Origin: an uncultured Patescibacteria group bacterium
GTDB lineage: Bacteria > Patescibacteriota > Microgenomatia > UBA1400 > PJMF01
Direction: 5' to 3'
DNA length: 64,000 nucleotides
Assembly (NCBI GenBank): GCA_905478415.1
Contig: CAJQIG010000002.1
Span: 186,699 to 250,698, forward strand
The notes under the pieces are model-generated. The model made no database searches. It was given only the letters and a program-made list of their open reading frames with translations, and had not been told where the DNA came from. A program made the translations under genes and the position numbers. Below, in pieces: positions 18,502-27,180 of the stretch; within the stretch, counting starts at the first letter, position 1, and each line of letters starts with the position of its first letter.

Positions 18502-18532
18502 CAGCACCGGCCTTCGCGCCGGTGCTTTTTTT
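18502..18532 (+). repeat. GC-rich REP-like hairpin/terminator, copy 1 (CAGCACCGGCCTTCGCGCCGGTGC + T7)
   Basis: An identical 31 bp sequence recurs at 19091-19121, and a shortened relative (TAGCACCGAAGGTGCTA) at 19189-19205. Confidence 0.6.
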
Positions 18533-18743
18533 GCTTATATATTGATCTTTTACACCTCATATGATATATTATGAGCTAGTTACATTGCTTTTTAAAATAA
18601 TAACTTTTGGCTACAACAGCGAATACATCATGCTTTTTACGAAGTCTGGGTGTGTTGACTGTTGTGGTCAAGAGTATTGTTACGATTGACTGCACAAAAA
18701 TTTTTTCAACTTTTTCCACCTAATAATCAAAAGGAGCAAGAAA

Positions 18744-19067
18744 ATGGAAAATGAAATGTTGCAGTTAGCTGGTGCTGAGGTTTCAGAACGTGTTGAGTTG
18801 GTAATTGCCGACCCCGAACATGATCGTCACCTGGATCTGTGTGGATTCCTACAAGTCGGACCAACATTGGTGGTCCGGATTCAGGAAGAAACCAGTATCT
18901 ACCAACTCCCCGATGAGTTGGAGTGGGATTGGGACGAGGTCGATTGCGGCCGCGAAACGGCTGGCCAGCTCATGGAGGCTGAGCAACTGCCCTATGAACT
19001 GACCAAGCACTTGGTCATTACAGCAGTCGCCACGAGCATTCTTGAAGCGTTTCTCAGCATGCGGTAG
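18744..19067 (+). CDS. Hypothetical acidic protein, GC-rich ORF bracketed by the duplicated hairpin
   Basis: 107 aa, about 55% GC against a 40-45% background, between two identical hairpins. Confidence 0.35.
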   Translation: MENEMLQLAGAEVSERVELVIADPEHDRHLDLCGFLQVGPTLVVRIQEETSIYQLPDELEWDWDEVDCGRETAGQLMEAEQLPYELTKHLVITAVATSILEAFLSMR

Positions 19068-19090
19068 AACCTTCAAGCAGCAATGTAGCA

Positions 19091-19121
19091 CAGCACCGGC
19101 CTTCGCGCCGGTGCTTTTTTT
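19091..19121 (+). repeat. GC-rich REP-like hairpin/terminator, copy 2
   Basis: Exact copy of 18502-18532. The upstream flank is also similar (aatg..ta.caCAGCACC). Confidence 0.6.
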
Positions 19122-19124
19122 CGT

Positions 19125-19735
19125 AGCGAGGAAACTCCGGACAGTTCATCCATTGGAGCGAAGCGATAGTGTCCGGGGATGAACGCCTCATAGCACCGAA
19201 GGTGCTATGATGTCATCATGAAAACCCGGAAGTTAAATCATAGTGTGTATAAACACCAATATCACTTGGTATGGGGGACGAAATATCGTCGGAAATTTTT
19301 CAAGAAGTATGTTGGAGATGAATTTGAACATCTTCTATACGAATTAGTTAAAAAGAAGTATCCAGATTTATATATCGAAGCGGTTAATACAGACCAGGAT
19401 CATGTACATATACAGATAGAAATACCACCAACATATGCAGTGTCAGACGTAGTAAAGCGAATAAAATGGCATAGTAGTGTGTACCTCAAGAAGAAGTTCA
19501 AATTTATCGATAGAATGTATATAAATGGAAACATTTGGGGTGTGGGATATTACTCATCAACCATAGGATTGGACGAAGAAACAATTAGAAAATACATAGA
19601 ATATCAGGGGAAAGAAGAAGTCCTCCAGACACCGAGTCTATTTGAATAAAATTTTCATGAGAACTTGACCTTTAGGTCATTGCGAAGCAAATAGGAAACC
19701 CCGGACATTGGCGTAGCTGTCCGGGGAGGACGTCA
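19125..19735 (+). mobile_element. IS200/IS605-family insertion sequence (tnpA only) with subterminal hairpins
   Basis: Left-end hairpin CCGGACA...TGTCCGG (19137-19176) and right-end hairpin CCCCGGACA-ttggcgtagc-TGTCCGGGG (19699-19726) flank the Y1 HUH transposase gene. Confidence 0.65.
19218..19649 (+). CDS. tnpA: IS200-like Y1 (HUH) transposase TnpA
   Basis: 143 aa, HUH motif HVHIQIEI, C-terminal catalytic Tyr region (RKYIEYQGKEE), typical IS200 size. Confidence 0.85.
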   Translation: MKTRKLNHSVYKHQYHLVWGTKYRRKFFKKYVGDEFEHLLYELVKKKYPDLYIEAVNTDQDHVHIQIEIPPTYAVSDVVKRIKWHSSVYLKKKFKFIDRMYINGNIWGVGYYSSTIGLDEETIRKYIEYQGKEEVLQTPSLFE

Positions 19736-19791
19736 TTTTACAAAAACCAAAAAACACAACTAGTTTTCTCAAGAAAAACCGCTTAGTGGTA

Positions 19792-21108
19792 TTATTTTAC
19801 CGATTTTACAACTTTTATGATATGTTGGGCGCCGTGTGTGAGTGACGTGGGGAGGGCGTGAGCGTTGAGCATAGCTTGTTCAATCCATGAATGTTGTTTA
19901 CCACGGGTTGAAAGTAAGCTTTCGAGCTGAGGCACAATTGAGTCCAAGACAATTCGACGACCAATTTGTTTTTGTTCGAATACTTCACGAATTCGTTCTT
20001 CCCACGGTCCCCATTCGTCCAGTGTCAGCAAAAAGCTGCCGGCAGCAGCTGCATCGTAGGCCATATCGCCGGAAGGTTTGGTGATAAAACCATCGGCCCA
20101 TGGGAAGCCGTAGGTTTGGAGTTTTTCATTCGCGTCTACAATCTGTGGATGGTAGAGAACCCGGAGTGGGGCATTTTTATCTGTTTCATCAAATACTTTG
20201 ACACGGTGTTTTTTTGCGAGTTCGAGTACACTTTTATAAATATCTTCGTGCGTGCCACAGTAGATGAGCAAACTGAGTTTTCGGGTTTTTCTTCTAAGCT
20301 CTGGCAGTAGTTGTTCGAGCGCAATCAGTAGTTCTGGCTTGTTGGTTCCAAGTCCGCCAGTAGTGAGGCAAAGTTTGAGAATTCCACTGCGGTGAGGATG
20401 TTTTGTTTCTTTGGCTTTGAGGGTGCGAGGGTCGATGGGGGCGCCAGTGACAAAAATTCTACTTGGTTCGGCCGCTATCCCAAGCAACGCTGCTTTTTCG
20501 AGAAACTCTGTTTTGGTATTTTCATCAAACACACAGAAGTACATATTTTTTCTATATGAGTTGGTGACGTACTCATCCCGAACATGAGGATCAGTAATGA
20601 CCTGGACGATAGTTTTACCTTGAGAAGCCAAAATATTTCCTGCCGCAATATGAAGTGACAGAATAGGATGTTTAATTCCGGCTGTGACGTATAAAAGTGG
20701 GGGAGTAATACTATCAAGAATCGGTAGCTTACTACGTCCAAACCTGTCAATAAAGGCTTTAATGGTCTGGAGAATACTGTACCGAGCAATAGTCTTGCCA
20801 ATTTCTTCGGTGAGCACAATTGATTTCCAATCTTTTTTGGAAACATAATTCGTTGGGTCAAGGACCCAAGCTTTGGTGTGATCAACTTTTTTGCCCCAAG
20901 CCGCCGTAGCGATTGCTAGAGCCATGGAGTAGTGAGCTCTAGAGAACACAATATCGGGGGTATCGTCCCGAGCGGGGAGGCCATGCATTTCTTTTAGATC
21001 CTCTTTGTAGCTGCTCGAAACGGTGATGATTGGGACTTCAGTTTTTTCGAGAAAGAGCTTATCTTCTTTGAGTGTTTTAATGAGGAAGGGGTCGAATAGT
21101 TCGGGCAT
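19792..21108 (-). CDS. Putative GT-B glycosyltransferase (MGDG-synthase/UgtP-like), low confidence
   Basis: 438 aa with a two-domain layout. Weak resemblance to GT28-type lipid glycosyltransferases. No stronger motif recognised. Confidence 0.3.
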   Translation of the reverse strand: MPELFDPFLIKTLKEDKLFLEKTEVPIITVSSSYKEDLKEMHGLPARDDTPDIVFSRAHYSMALAIATAAWGKKVDHTKAWVLDPTNYVSKKDWKSIVLTEEIGKTIARYSILQTIKAFIDRFGRSKLPILDSITPPLLYVTAGIKHPILSLHIAAGNILASQGKTIVQVITDPHVRDEYVTNSYRKNMYFCVFDENTKTEFLEKAALLGIAAEPSRIFVTGAPIDPRTLKAKETKHPHRSGILKLCLTTGGLGTNKPELLIALEQLLPELRRKTRKLSLLIYCGTHEDIYKSVLELAKKHRVKVFDETDKNAPLRVLYHPQIVDANEKLQTYGFPWADGFITKPSGDMAYDAAAAGSFLLTLDEWGPWEERIREVFEQKQIGRRIVLDSIVPQLESLLSTRGKQHSWIEQAMLNAHALPTSLTHGAQHIIKVVKSVK

Positions 21109-21218
21109 ATAGTTTTAGTATAGCGTATTGTGGTTTTTGTTTACATTAGGAAGAAAAGATTCCTTTTTAACCTGTTTTTTGGTAGGCTCAAGATAGTTTT
21201 ATATGAGAAGAGGATAGA

Positions 21219-21650
21219 ATGCTTGAACCAAACTCGTTTTTAAATGAAGGTCACCATGATCATGTGAAGGGGGTACTTGCAAAGTACGAGGACAAACTTT
21301 CAGTGGATGCACTTCGTGATGCTGAAGTACAGAAAAAACTAACCTACGCACTTGAACAGCAACTTCATCAATGGGAAACAATTACTAGCGGAGTCCAGAC
21401 TGCGTTAGATGCCGGGTTGTTTGCGCAAGGAGTTCCGAGAGAGTTTGTTGAATCGTTTTCTCAACAGTTAGAAACAAATAGTGCAAACTTAGACATACTT
21501 TTCAAAGCTGCTGAAGAGGTTAGCACGTTAGTACCCGATGAGAGCGAACTGGTAGATACTCTATCAGAGTACCAAGCCCGAATTAGGATTAGAATAGAAG
21601 AATGTCACTTAGCATTAAAAGAATTAAAAAAAGTCAAAGTAACAGACTAA
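21219..21650 (+). CDS. Hypothetical protein (alpha-helical)
   Basis: 143 aa ORF with RBS, no recognisable motif. Confidence 0.4.
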   Translation: MLEPNSFLNEGHHDHVKGVLAKYEDKLSVDALRDAEVQKKLTYALEQQLHQWETITSGVQTALDAGLFAQGVPREFVESFSQQLETNSANLDILFKAAEEVSTLVPDESELVDTLSEYQARIRIRIEECHLALKELKKVKVTD

Positions 21651-22150
21651 AGTGCTTGGAATATTCCCTCAAGGATGTGTTTAGCAGGCGCAGGATCACC
21701 ATCATCTGGTTCCAGAGTTAGGACGTATTTGCTGTGATCTGTGAGATCTTTGCTATCTATAAATGTATTAGTATAGGTGCCATCTTCACTTTTTTCAGCA
21801 ACCCCTGTGCTAATTATACTTAAAGGAGCAGGGCGTACAATCCAGCCTTCGTAGAAATCTGTACCTTCTGGGTCTGGCAAGTTTTCGAGTGGGGCAATCA
21901 TGCGGTACTCATTTTCAATAAATCCTGCCATAACCGTGCCAGAACCACCACTATTAGCTACGTCCTCAAGGAGTGCTTCGAACTGGTACTGTGTGAGTTG
22001 AGTATCGACTATTTGGTCTGGATTTTCAGTTGCATTTAGAGCTTCAGGAACTTCCGGAGGAAGTGATGGGGTTGCAGGAGTATTTTTTGTGCATCCAGCT
22101 ATCAGTATGCTTGTGGCTCCTAAAAGGAGTAAAAAGAGAGTTTTTTTCAT
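21647..22150 (-). CDS. Lipoprotein (signal peptide + LIAGC lipobox)
   Basis: The internal Met gives MKKTLFLLLLGATSILIAGC. The ORF continues upstream to 22267 but that part looks noncoding. Confidence 0.5.
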   Translation of the reverse strand: MKKTLFLLLLGATSILIAGCTKNTPATPSLPPEVPEALNATENPDQIVDTQLTQYQFEALLEDVANSGGSGTVMAGFIENEYRMIAPLENLPDPEGTDFYEGWIVRPAPLSIISTGVAEKSEDGTYTNTFIDSKDLTDHSKYVLTLEPDDGDPAPAKHILEGIFQAL

Positions 22151-22187
22151 GTAGTAAAAGTATAGCAGGTTACTGTAGATAATAAAA

Positions 22188-22216
22188 AAAGGCGGCGAGT
22201 TCGGTGACTCGCCGCT
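22188..22216 (-). terminator. Terminator-like hairpin (minus strand)
   Basis: GCGGCGAGT-tcggtg-ACTCGCCGC with a T-run on the minus strand. Confidence 0.3.
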
Positions 22217-22298
22217 AGTAGTAACAGAGAATCTAGTCGTTTGGAGAAACAAGAAAGAACGGTCCAAGGATACTTACAGCACTCAGCACTCTCAATAA

Positions 22299-22646
22299 AT
22301 GATAGTATATTCTGAAATGTCAAAAAAACCACATATTTTAGTCATCTGTTCGCGAAACAAGAAAAGAAGTCTGACTGCTGAGAGAATGTATAAAAATGAC
22401 CAGCGTCTTGTAGTACGTTCGGCAGGAACGAGTCCAAGAGCGATACACAGAGTTACGAAGCAGGATATTACTTGGGCAGATAGTATTTTGTGTATGGAAA
22501 ATAAGCATCGAGATATGCTACAAAAAACATTTGGCAAGAGTAGTCTGCCTACGCTTTGGGTAGCAGATATAGAAGACGAATATGAATATATGGATCTAGA
22601 ACTTGTCGAGATGTTACAGGTTGAGATTGAAAGAGTTATTTCATAA
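22299..22646 (+). CDS. Low-molecular-weight phosphotyrosine phosphatase / arsenate-reductase-like small protein
   Basis: HILVICSRNKKRS fits the CX5R(S/T) P-loop of LMW-PTPs. 115 aa. Confidence 0.45.
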   Translation: MIVYSEMSKKPHILVICSRNKKRSLTAERMYKNDQRLVVRSAGTSPRAIHRVTKQDITWADSILCMENKHRDMLQKTFGKSSLPTLWVADIEDEYEYMDLELVEMLQVEIERVIS

Positions 22647-22690
22647 TAAACGAAGAGCCCCGACAAATCTTCCTCTCACACAGAGCACAT

Positions 22691-23362
22691 TTGCAAATAT
22701 ACTCACGGAGTCTCTATACTAGTAGTATGTCTAACTTTGAAAGAGTAGTGGTGTTTCTGTTGTTTATTGTATTTTGCTTGATCAGCACGCTCTTTGTGCT
22801 TTTTTTTAAGACGGATGCCATCCCAAAAACTATTTCTCAAACTAGTGAGGGCAAAACTGAGAATACAGTTGCTCCATCTCTGCAACAAACTCAAGCGTTA
22901 CTCGAGCAAGTAGATGCATTAGCAGCAAGTTCATCAGCTCTATTAGAGAGAATTCAGATACTTGAAGAAGATTTGCAAAAAAAAACTAGTGTGCAAAAAA
23001 GTGCAGCTCCTGCCTTTCAAAAACAAATTATCTATATTGGATCTGCCAGTACGAAGGAGCGCGAGTGGACGGATTCTGGGGTAGAAGTGACATTGGATAG
23101 TGCTGATTATCCCTCAAATGTCACAGCTGCATTTGAAGTTGGCCTCTCGATTGTGGGAGGAGAGGCTTGGGCCAGGTTGCTCAACAAGACTACTGGAGCT
23201 ATACTGGCTATTACGGAAGTGTCACACGCCTCGAGTACGACGACTTGGAAAACATCCCCAGTATTTACACTACACCCCGGAAAAAATACGTACATACTCG
23301 AGATAAAGTCTAGCAGTGGTGAAACGGCCAGCTTTTCTGGGGCCCGGGTGGTGATAGAGTAA
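22691..23362 (+). CDS. Membrane-anchored secreted hypothetical protein
   Basis: N-terminal TM helix (VVVFLLFIVFCLISTLFVLFF), 223 aa. Confidence 0.45.
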   Translation: MQIYSRSLYTSSMSNFERVVVFLLFIVFCLISTLFVLFFKTDAIPKTISQTSEGKTENTVAPSLQQTQALLEQVDALAASSSALLERIQILEEDLQKKTSVQKSAAPAFQKQIIYIGSASTKEREWTDSGVEVTLDSADYPSNVTAAFEVGLSIVGGEAWARLLNKTTGAILAITEVSHASSTTTWKTSPVFTLHPGKNTYILEIKSSSGETASFSGARVVIE

Positions 23363-23497
23363 GTGGAACCTATTTATAGATTAATATCTGTTTTACCCTC
23401 AACATAATCACGAATTAAAACCCCAAGCAGAGTTTGATATGGAATATTTTTTGCCTTTAAACATACTAGAGTATTTTTACTACACAGACAGGAAATC

Positions 23498-24115
23498 ATG
23501 AGTGAGAACCCCCTGGATAGGATAAAATATAGGCAGTTCCAAAACACCTTAGAGAACAGAGGTGGAAGCGAGACGATTATTCGTAGTATGTCTAACATAC
23601 TAAAAAAGATGGCGGAAAATAACGTTTCGACAGTATTTTTTCTTGATCGATCAGCAAGACCTTTGGCCTATTTAGCCAAGGAAATGTGGCAGGTTATGTA
23701 CCAGGGACGTGAATTTCCCGCGGTACGATTCATAAATATTGGAAAAGAGACGAGTCAAAAAGATATTAATCAATCTGGTGGAGTAGGTGATATCTATTCG
23801 ATTCCAGACGATGGCACTATAATGATTATTGACGAATTTGTGATGCATGGGCACTCTCTCAGGAGAGCCAAAGAGCTCTTAGATAAGTCTTTTCCTAATA
23901 GAGAATTTATTACCATTTCACCGTACTTACATGAATTTAGAGAGTTGCCGGCGATCTTCAAGGGTATTGAAGACAGGTCAGTTGAAGGTCCGATGAAGTT
24001 TGTTGCGCAGCCTCACTCAGATCAAAGTTCAGTTGAAGCACGAATAAAATTGAGGAAATACCTCAAGGAGTTTGTCAAAAATAATGCTGAAAAAATTAAG
24101 GAGACTACGGAGTGA
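23498..24115 (+). CDS. Phosphoribosyltransferase-domain protein
   Basis: IMIIDEFVMHGHSLRRA matches the type I PRTase PRPP-binding loop. It ends 10 bp before repeat R1. Confidence 0.45.
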   Translation: MSENPLDRIKYRQFQNTLENRGGSETIIRSMSNILKKMAENNVSTVFFLDRSARPLAYLAKEMWQVMYQGREFPAVRFINIGKETSQKDINQSGGVGDIYSIPDDGTIMIIDEFVMHGHSLRRAKELLDKSFPNREFITISPYLHEFRELPAIFKGIEDRSVEGPMKFVAQPHSDQSSVEARIKLRKYLKEFVKNNAEKIKETTE

Positions 24116-24125
24116 CTAATTTTGC

Positions 24126-24154
24126 GGGGACTAGTGACGGATGTTCGAACCTAT
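24126..24154 (+). repeat. Cassette-boundary repeat R1 (GGGGACTAGTGACGGATGTTCGAACCTAT), tRNA-Trp 3'-end-like
   Basis: One of five direct copies of a ~29 bp motif. It abuts the stop codon of the 24156 gene. Confidence 0.7.
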
Positions 24155-24155
24155 A

Positions 24156-24419
24156 TCAGTATTGATCATGGTTTACTAAATCAAAAAAGATGTAAACATC
24201 ATCTTCTTTAATTGCCAATGCTCTCAAATCTCCTTTTATTCGAATAGCATACTGACTAGATCTTTCACCTTTTAATCTATGCAAACGCAACCCCATATGA
24301 TAGGGATTTTCTTTAAATTTTTTAAACTGTTTTCTAAAAATTTTATCCAAAAGAGGATTTTTATTCTTAAACTTTACTACTTTTCTCTTAAATGACTCTG
24401 TATAAACAACTTTTATCAT
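24156..24419 (-). CDS. Type II toxin, RelE/YafQ family (mRNA interferase)
   Basis: 87 aa. LRLHRLKGERSSQYAIRIKGDLRALAIKEDDVYIFFDLVNHDQY resembles YafQ/RelE. 4 bp overlap with the upstream antitoxin. Confidence 0.7.
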   Translation of the reverse strand: MIKVVYTESFKRKVVKFKNKNPLLDKIFRKQFKKFKENPYHMGLRLHRLKGERSSQYAIRIKGDLRALAIKEDDVYIFFDLVNHDQY

Positions 24420-24673
24420 AAAGAGTCAAAAAATTCATCAACATTAATCATTTCGTGGGTTTTTCCCAAACGATGCTCTTCCAAAGCCTTTAAGCCACTT
24501 TCTTCTGTTTTCTTACTCATTTTAAAAGTTGGAACTTCATTTTTCAAAATTTCTTCTGAGGCTTTACTTATAAAAAAACGAATAGTTTTGGGTAAATTAT
24601 ACCCAAATTGAGAACCATAATTTTTTAAAAGGGTAGCTTCTTGAGTTGTAAGAGTTAATTGAACTTTAGTCAT
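24416..24673 (-). CDS. Type II antitoxin, DinJ/RelB-like
   Basis: 85 aa with a C-terminus like DinJ (...LKALEEHRLGKTHEMINVDEFFDSL), upstream of and overlapping the toxin. Confidence 0.6.
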   Translation of the reverse strand: MTKVQLTLTTQEATLLKNYGSQFGYNLPKTIRFFISKASEEILKNEVPTFKMSKKTEESGLKALEEHRLGKTHEMINVDEFFDSL

Positions 24674-24740
24674 ATGTATTAGTATTATATTATAAAATCA
24701 TTGTTTTGTAAATACTTTAATACTACTTTTGATATTTCTT

Positions 24741-24769
24741 GGGGATTAGTGAAGGATGTTCGAACCTAT
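24741..24769 (+). repeat. Cassette-boundary repeat R2 (GGGGATTAGTGAAGGATGTTCGAACCTAT)
   Basis: Overlaps the TAG stop (24766-24768) of the toxin gene. Confidence 0.7.
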
Positions 24770-25044
24770 TTGTACACCTGATCATGAGTTCCAAAACTAA
24801 AAAAAACAATTTTAGACATGTTTCCATCCTGATTATAGTAATAAAGTAATCGATGGGACATATCTACAGAAATACTCCAACTCTCTCTTTGACCTCCGCT
24901 CAATTTGTGGAGTCGTAATGACGGATGATTTTTGTTCTGTTCGAACAATACTAACTGCTTTTTAATTTTTGTGAATAACTGTGTATCGTTTTTTTTAACT
25001 CTTTGCAATTGCTTCAAACATTTTGGTGAAAACGCAATTTCCAT
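24766..25044 (-). CDS. Type II toxin, YafQ/RelE family
   Basis: HPSLRLHKLSGGQRESWSISVDMSHRLLYYY ... FFSFGTHDQVYK parallels the YafQ core and C-terminus. Confidence 0.75.
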   Translation of the reverse strand: MEIAFSPKCLKQLQRVKKNDTQLFTKIKKQLVLFEQNKNHPSLRLHKLSGGQRESWSISVDMSHRLLYYYNQDGNMSKIVFFSFGTHDQVYK

Positions 25045-25046
25045 TG

Positions 25047-25307
25047 CTATAGATCCTGGAGCAACTTGCCAACGTCATTAGTTTGGATTAAATCTCCAGT
25101 TTTTTCTGCCTCTACAGCCTCTTTAAGATCGTTAGTTGATTGACTGGACATTTCAAAAACAGGATAGTCAACGTCTTGAACATCATTTATCACTAAATTT
25201 CTGATGTAAGCTGATAAGCTAAGACCGTATTTATTAGCTTTAGTCTGCAAGTAACCTTGCAACTGGACTGGTAATGTAACTCTAATTTGAGTAGTTTGTG
25301 TTTGCAT
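25047..25307 (-). CDS. Type II antitoxin, DinJ-like
   Basis: LSLSAYIRNLVINDV...DYPVFEMS...DLKEAVEAEKTGDL matches the DinJ pattern, immediately upstream of the toxin. Confidence 0.65.
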   Translation of the reverse strand: MQTQTTQIRVTLPVQLQGYLQTKANKYGLSLSAYIRNLVINDVQDVDYPVFEMSSQSTNDLKEAVEAEKTGDLIQTNDVGKLLQDL

Positions 25308-25372
25308 AAAGCCATTATAGTCTAATTAAAGCATTTATCAAGTACTAATCAAGGCTATTTTGTGTACTTTTC

Positions 25373-25401
25373 AGGGCCTAGTGAAAAATGTTGGAACCCA
25401 T
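25373..25401 (+). repeat. Cassette-boundary repeat R3 (AGGGCCTAGTGAAAAATGTTGGAACCCAT)
   Basis: Retains CAGGGCC and GAACCC blocks identical to the tRNA-Trp 3' end at 27623-27646. Confidence 0.65.
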
Positions 25402-25429
25402 ATCAACTGTAAGTACATGACTTCATTTG

Positions 25430-26032
25430 CTATTTATCAAAAACAACAACAATGCCATCAATGCTTTTCTTAAATTCAGAACATCTTTGATCATTATATC
25501 TTTGGGTGATTTTATCCATTACTTTGGAATCAACCCCGTTAAATTCCCAAGAATCACTTAGCCTGCTGCTAAAAAATAATGTATCGAATTTAATGACAAT
25601 TTTAAGTGTTTTTAAACTATCAGGTGAAAGATTAAAAAACCAATGAATTAAATCATTAAAAGCAGCATGATGACAACCTTCTACAGGAGTTGTTTCCCCA
25701 CCCATTAACATTACTTCCAATAAACTTGCCCCATCTTTTGACAATAATGCCGTTAAGTCTTCGGGGTTGATAATATCATAGTCATGACCATATTTTTTTC
25801 GTCTTTCTAAAGCAATATTGGGATGATTGTTGAGATAGCTAGAGACAACATGTGGAGCATTTACATATAGACCCCAATGTGCATCTTTTGACTTAAAACC
25901 TGTTACACATATATTTAAATTATACCTTTGATCATCAAAAATTGCTTGCATAGCCTCTCGAGCAGGTTCTTTATAATAAACTTCTCTAATAGGGTGTATT
26001 GCTAAAGCAACGCTTAGATTTTCATTTAACAT
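25430..26032 (-). CDS. Hypothetical protein (cassette gene)
   Basis: 200 aa, no recognised motif, AT-rich. Confidence 0.45.
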   Translation of the reverse strand: MLNENLSVALAIHPIREVYYKEPAREAMQAIFDDQRYNLNICVTGFKSKDAHWGLYVNAPHVVSSYLNNHPNIALERRKKYGHDYDIINPEDLTALLSKDGASLLEVMLMGGETTPVEGCHHAAFNDLIHWFFNLSPDSLKTLKIVIKFDTLFFSSRLSDSWEFNGVDSKVMDKITQRYNDQRCSEFKKSIDGIVVVFDK

Positions 26033-26108
26033 ATTTACCTCTATTCTCTTCTAAAATATCTGTTTATATTTTTAATTCAGCATTCAGCAAACTTATATAA
26101 TAAATACA

Positions 26109-26141
26109 AGGGGCTTGTTACTTGAGGGATGTTCGAACCTA
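26109..26141 (+). repeat. Cassette-boundary repeat R4 (GGGGCTTGTTACTTGAGGGATGTTCGAACCTAT, diverged copy with insertion)
   Basis: Shares the GGATGTTCGAACCTAT 3' half. It abuts the stop of the methyltransferase gene. Coordinates are accurate to about 1 bp. Confidence 0.55.
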
Positions 26142-26152
26142 TTTTAAGCTCG

Positions 26153-26806
26153 TCACTTCTTCCTAGCAACCACCACAAAATATTTTAATACTCCAAAATA
26201 GCGAAGTGTTTTTTCTTCAACTACTATATTGCCCGCAGCCTTTATGTAATTTGATAGCTCTTTTTGTTTATACATCACATCATAAGGATGATCTAATATT
26301 ATTCTAAGAAGTTTACCTAGCGGAGATTCAAACGTTTCAATTGAAAAATCCTCCATAATTATCAGTCCCTTAGGTTTTAAAGTTCTCGTTATCTCTTTAA
26401 CTGCTTTCTTCCATTCTGGAATGTGATGAAGAACTCCAAAGTCAAACACTGCATCAAAGGTATTGTCTTTGAACGGCAATTTTGTCGTACTTGCTACTTG
26501 AAAATCAATGTTTTTATTAGAATACTTTCCTTGAGCGATACTAATCATTTTTGAATCAAGGTCAGTAGCAATGATTTTTCTGGGAGAAAAGTGCTTCATG
26601 ATAAGTTGACTACCATATCCACTACCACATCCAATTTCTAATGTCTTATTTATCTTCCCTGGATTAACTAACTTTCTGAGTCGTGGTATCTCCAAAGTAC
26701 TTTGAAACAACCGACGCATTGGGTTATTCATTAGTAGGAATTCAATAGTATTGAGAATCATGAATGTAGTATACCATGTGATTAAAAAGAAACCATTTAT
26801 AGGCAA
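26153..26806 (-). CDS. Class I SAM-dependent methyltransferase
   Basis: Motif I LEIGCGSGYGS and post-I/II motifs (FDAVFDFGVLHHIP). Confidence 0.8.
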   Translation of the reverse strand: MPINGFFLITWYTTFMILNTIEFLLMNNPMRRLFQSTLEIPRLRKLVNPGKINKTLEIGCGSGYGSQLIMKHFSPRKIIATDLDSKMISIAQGKYSNKNIDFQVASTTKLPFKDNTFDAVFDFGVLHHIPEWKKAVKEITRTLKPKGLIIMEDFSIETFESPLGKLLRIILDHPYDVMYKQKELSNYIKAAGNIVVEEKTLRYFGVLKYFVVVARKK

Positions 26807-26821
26807 ATATTGCTGTTTTGC

Positions 26822-26850
26822 AGGGATTAGTGAACTATGTTGGAACCTAT
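26822..26850 (+). repeat. Cassette-boundary repeat R5 (AGGGATTAGTGAACTATGTTGGAACCTAT)
   Basis: Preceded by TGC, giving TGCAGGG, which is identical to the tRNA-Trp 3' terminus on this strand (27622-27628). Confidence 0.65.
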
Positions 26851-26851
26851 T

Positions 26852-27178
26852 TTACCTTTCTCGTAAAACAAAACTCAATTTAATACTATCGTTTAACTCA
26901 ACTTTTTCTTTGTTTCTAACCTTTACTGGTAATGCAATGAAGTGTGTACCATCACCCATAGGGAGAAATGATGTTTTCCAACTACTGCTACCTACTTTTG
27001 CAGTTATAGCTACCAAACCCCTATCTAAAAGATGTTTAGTCTCATTCGTATATTTTTTAGGAACTCTCACATAATGCCAACCCTTTTTTTGGGGAAATAG
27101 TTCTACTTTTCCAGATATTGCAAATTTTTTCTTGGTTAATAATGGGGTCAAATTAGACATATAAAAAATATAGCCCAA
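26852..27178 (-). CDS. DUF1905-family small protein
   Basis: GWHYVRVP...GLVAI...WKTSFLPMGDGTHFIALP matches the DUF1905 pattern. Confidence 0.5.
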   Translation of the reverse strand: MGYIFYMSNLTPLLTKKKFAISGKVELFPQKKGWHYVRVPKKYTNETKHLLDRGLVAITAKVGSSSWKTSFLPMGDGTHFIALPVKVRNKEKVELNDSIKLSFVLRER

Positions 27179-27180
27179 AT

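Noticed and set aside
20475-20885. Internal minus-strand ORF of 136 aa
   Set aside because: Alternate frame inside the 438 aa gene, with no independent support.
22292-22666. Minus-strand ORFs (22147-22332, 22292-22666)
   Set aside because: Low-complexity translation, overlap a plus-strand ORF bearing a clear CX5R phosphatase P-loop. Treated as spurious.
24126-26850. CRISPR array (regular direct repeats)
   Set aside because: Repeat units are separated by 600-750 bp segments that carry complete protein-coding genes, not 25-50 bp spacers, and no cas genes are present. The spacing and content fit a cassette array, not CRISPR.
24126-26850. Canonical integron attC sites
   Set aside because: The repeats are sequence-conserved but lack the dyad symmetry (R''-L''...L'-R') and GTTRRRY core expected of attC, and no intI is present in the window. 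Hence described as integron-like or tRNA-att-derived rather than a true integron.
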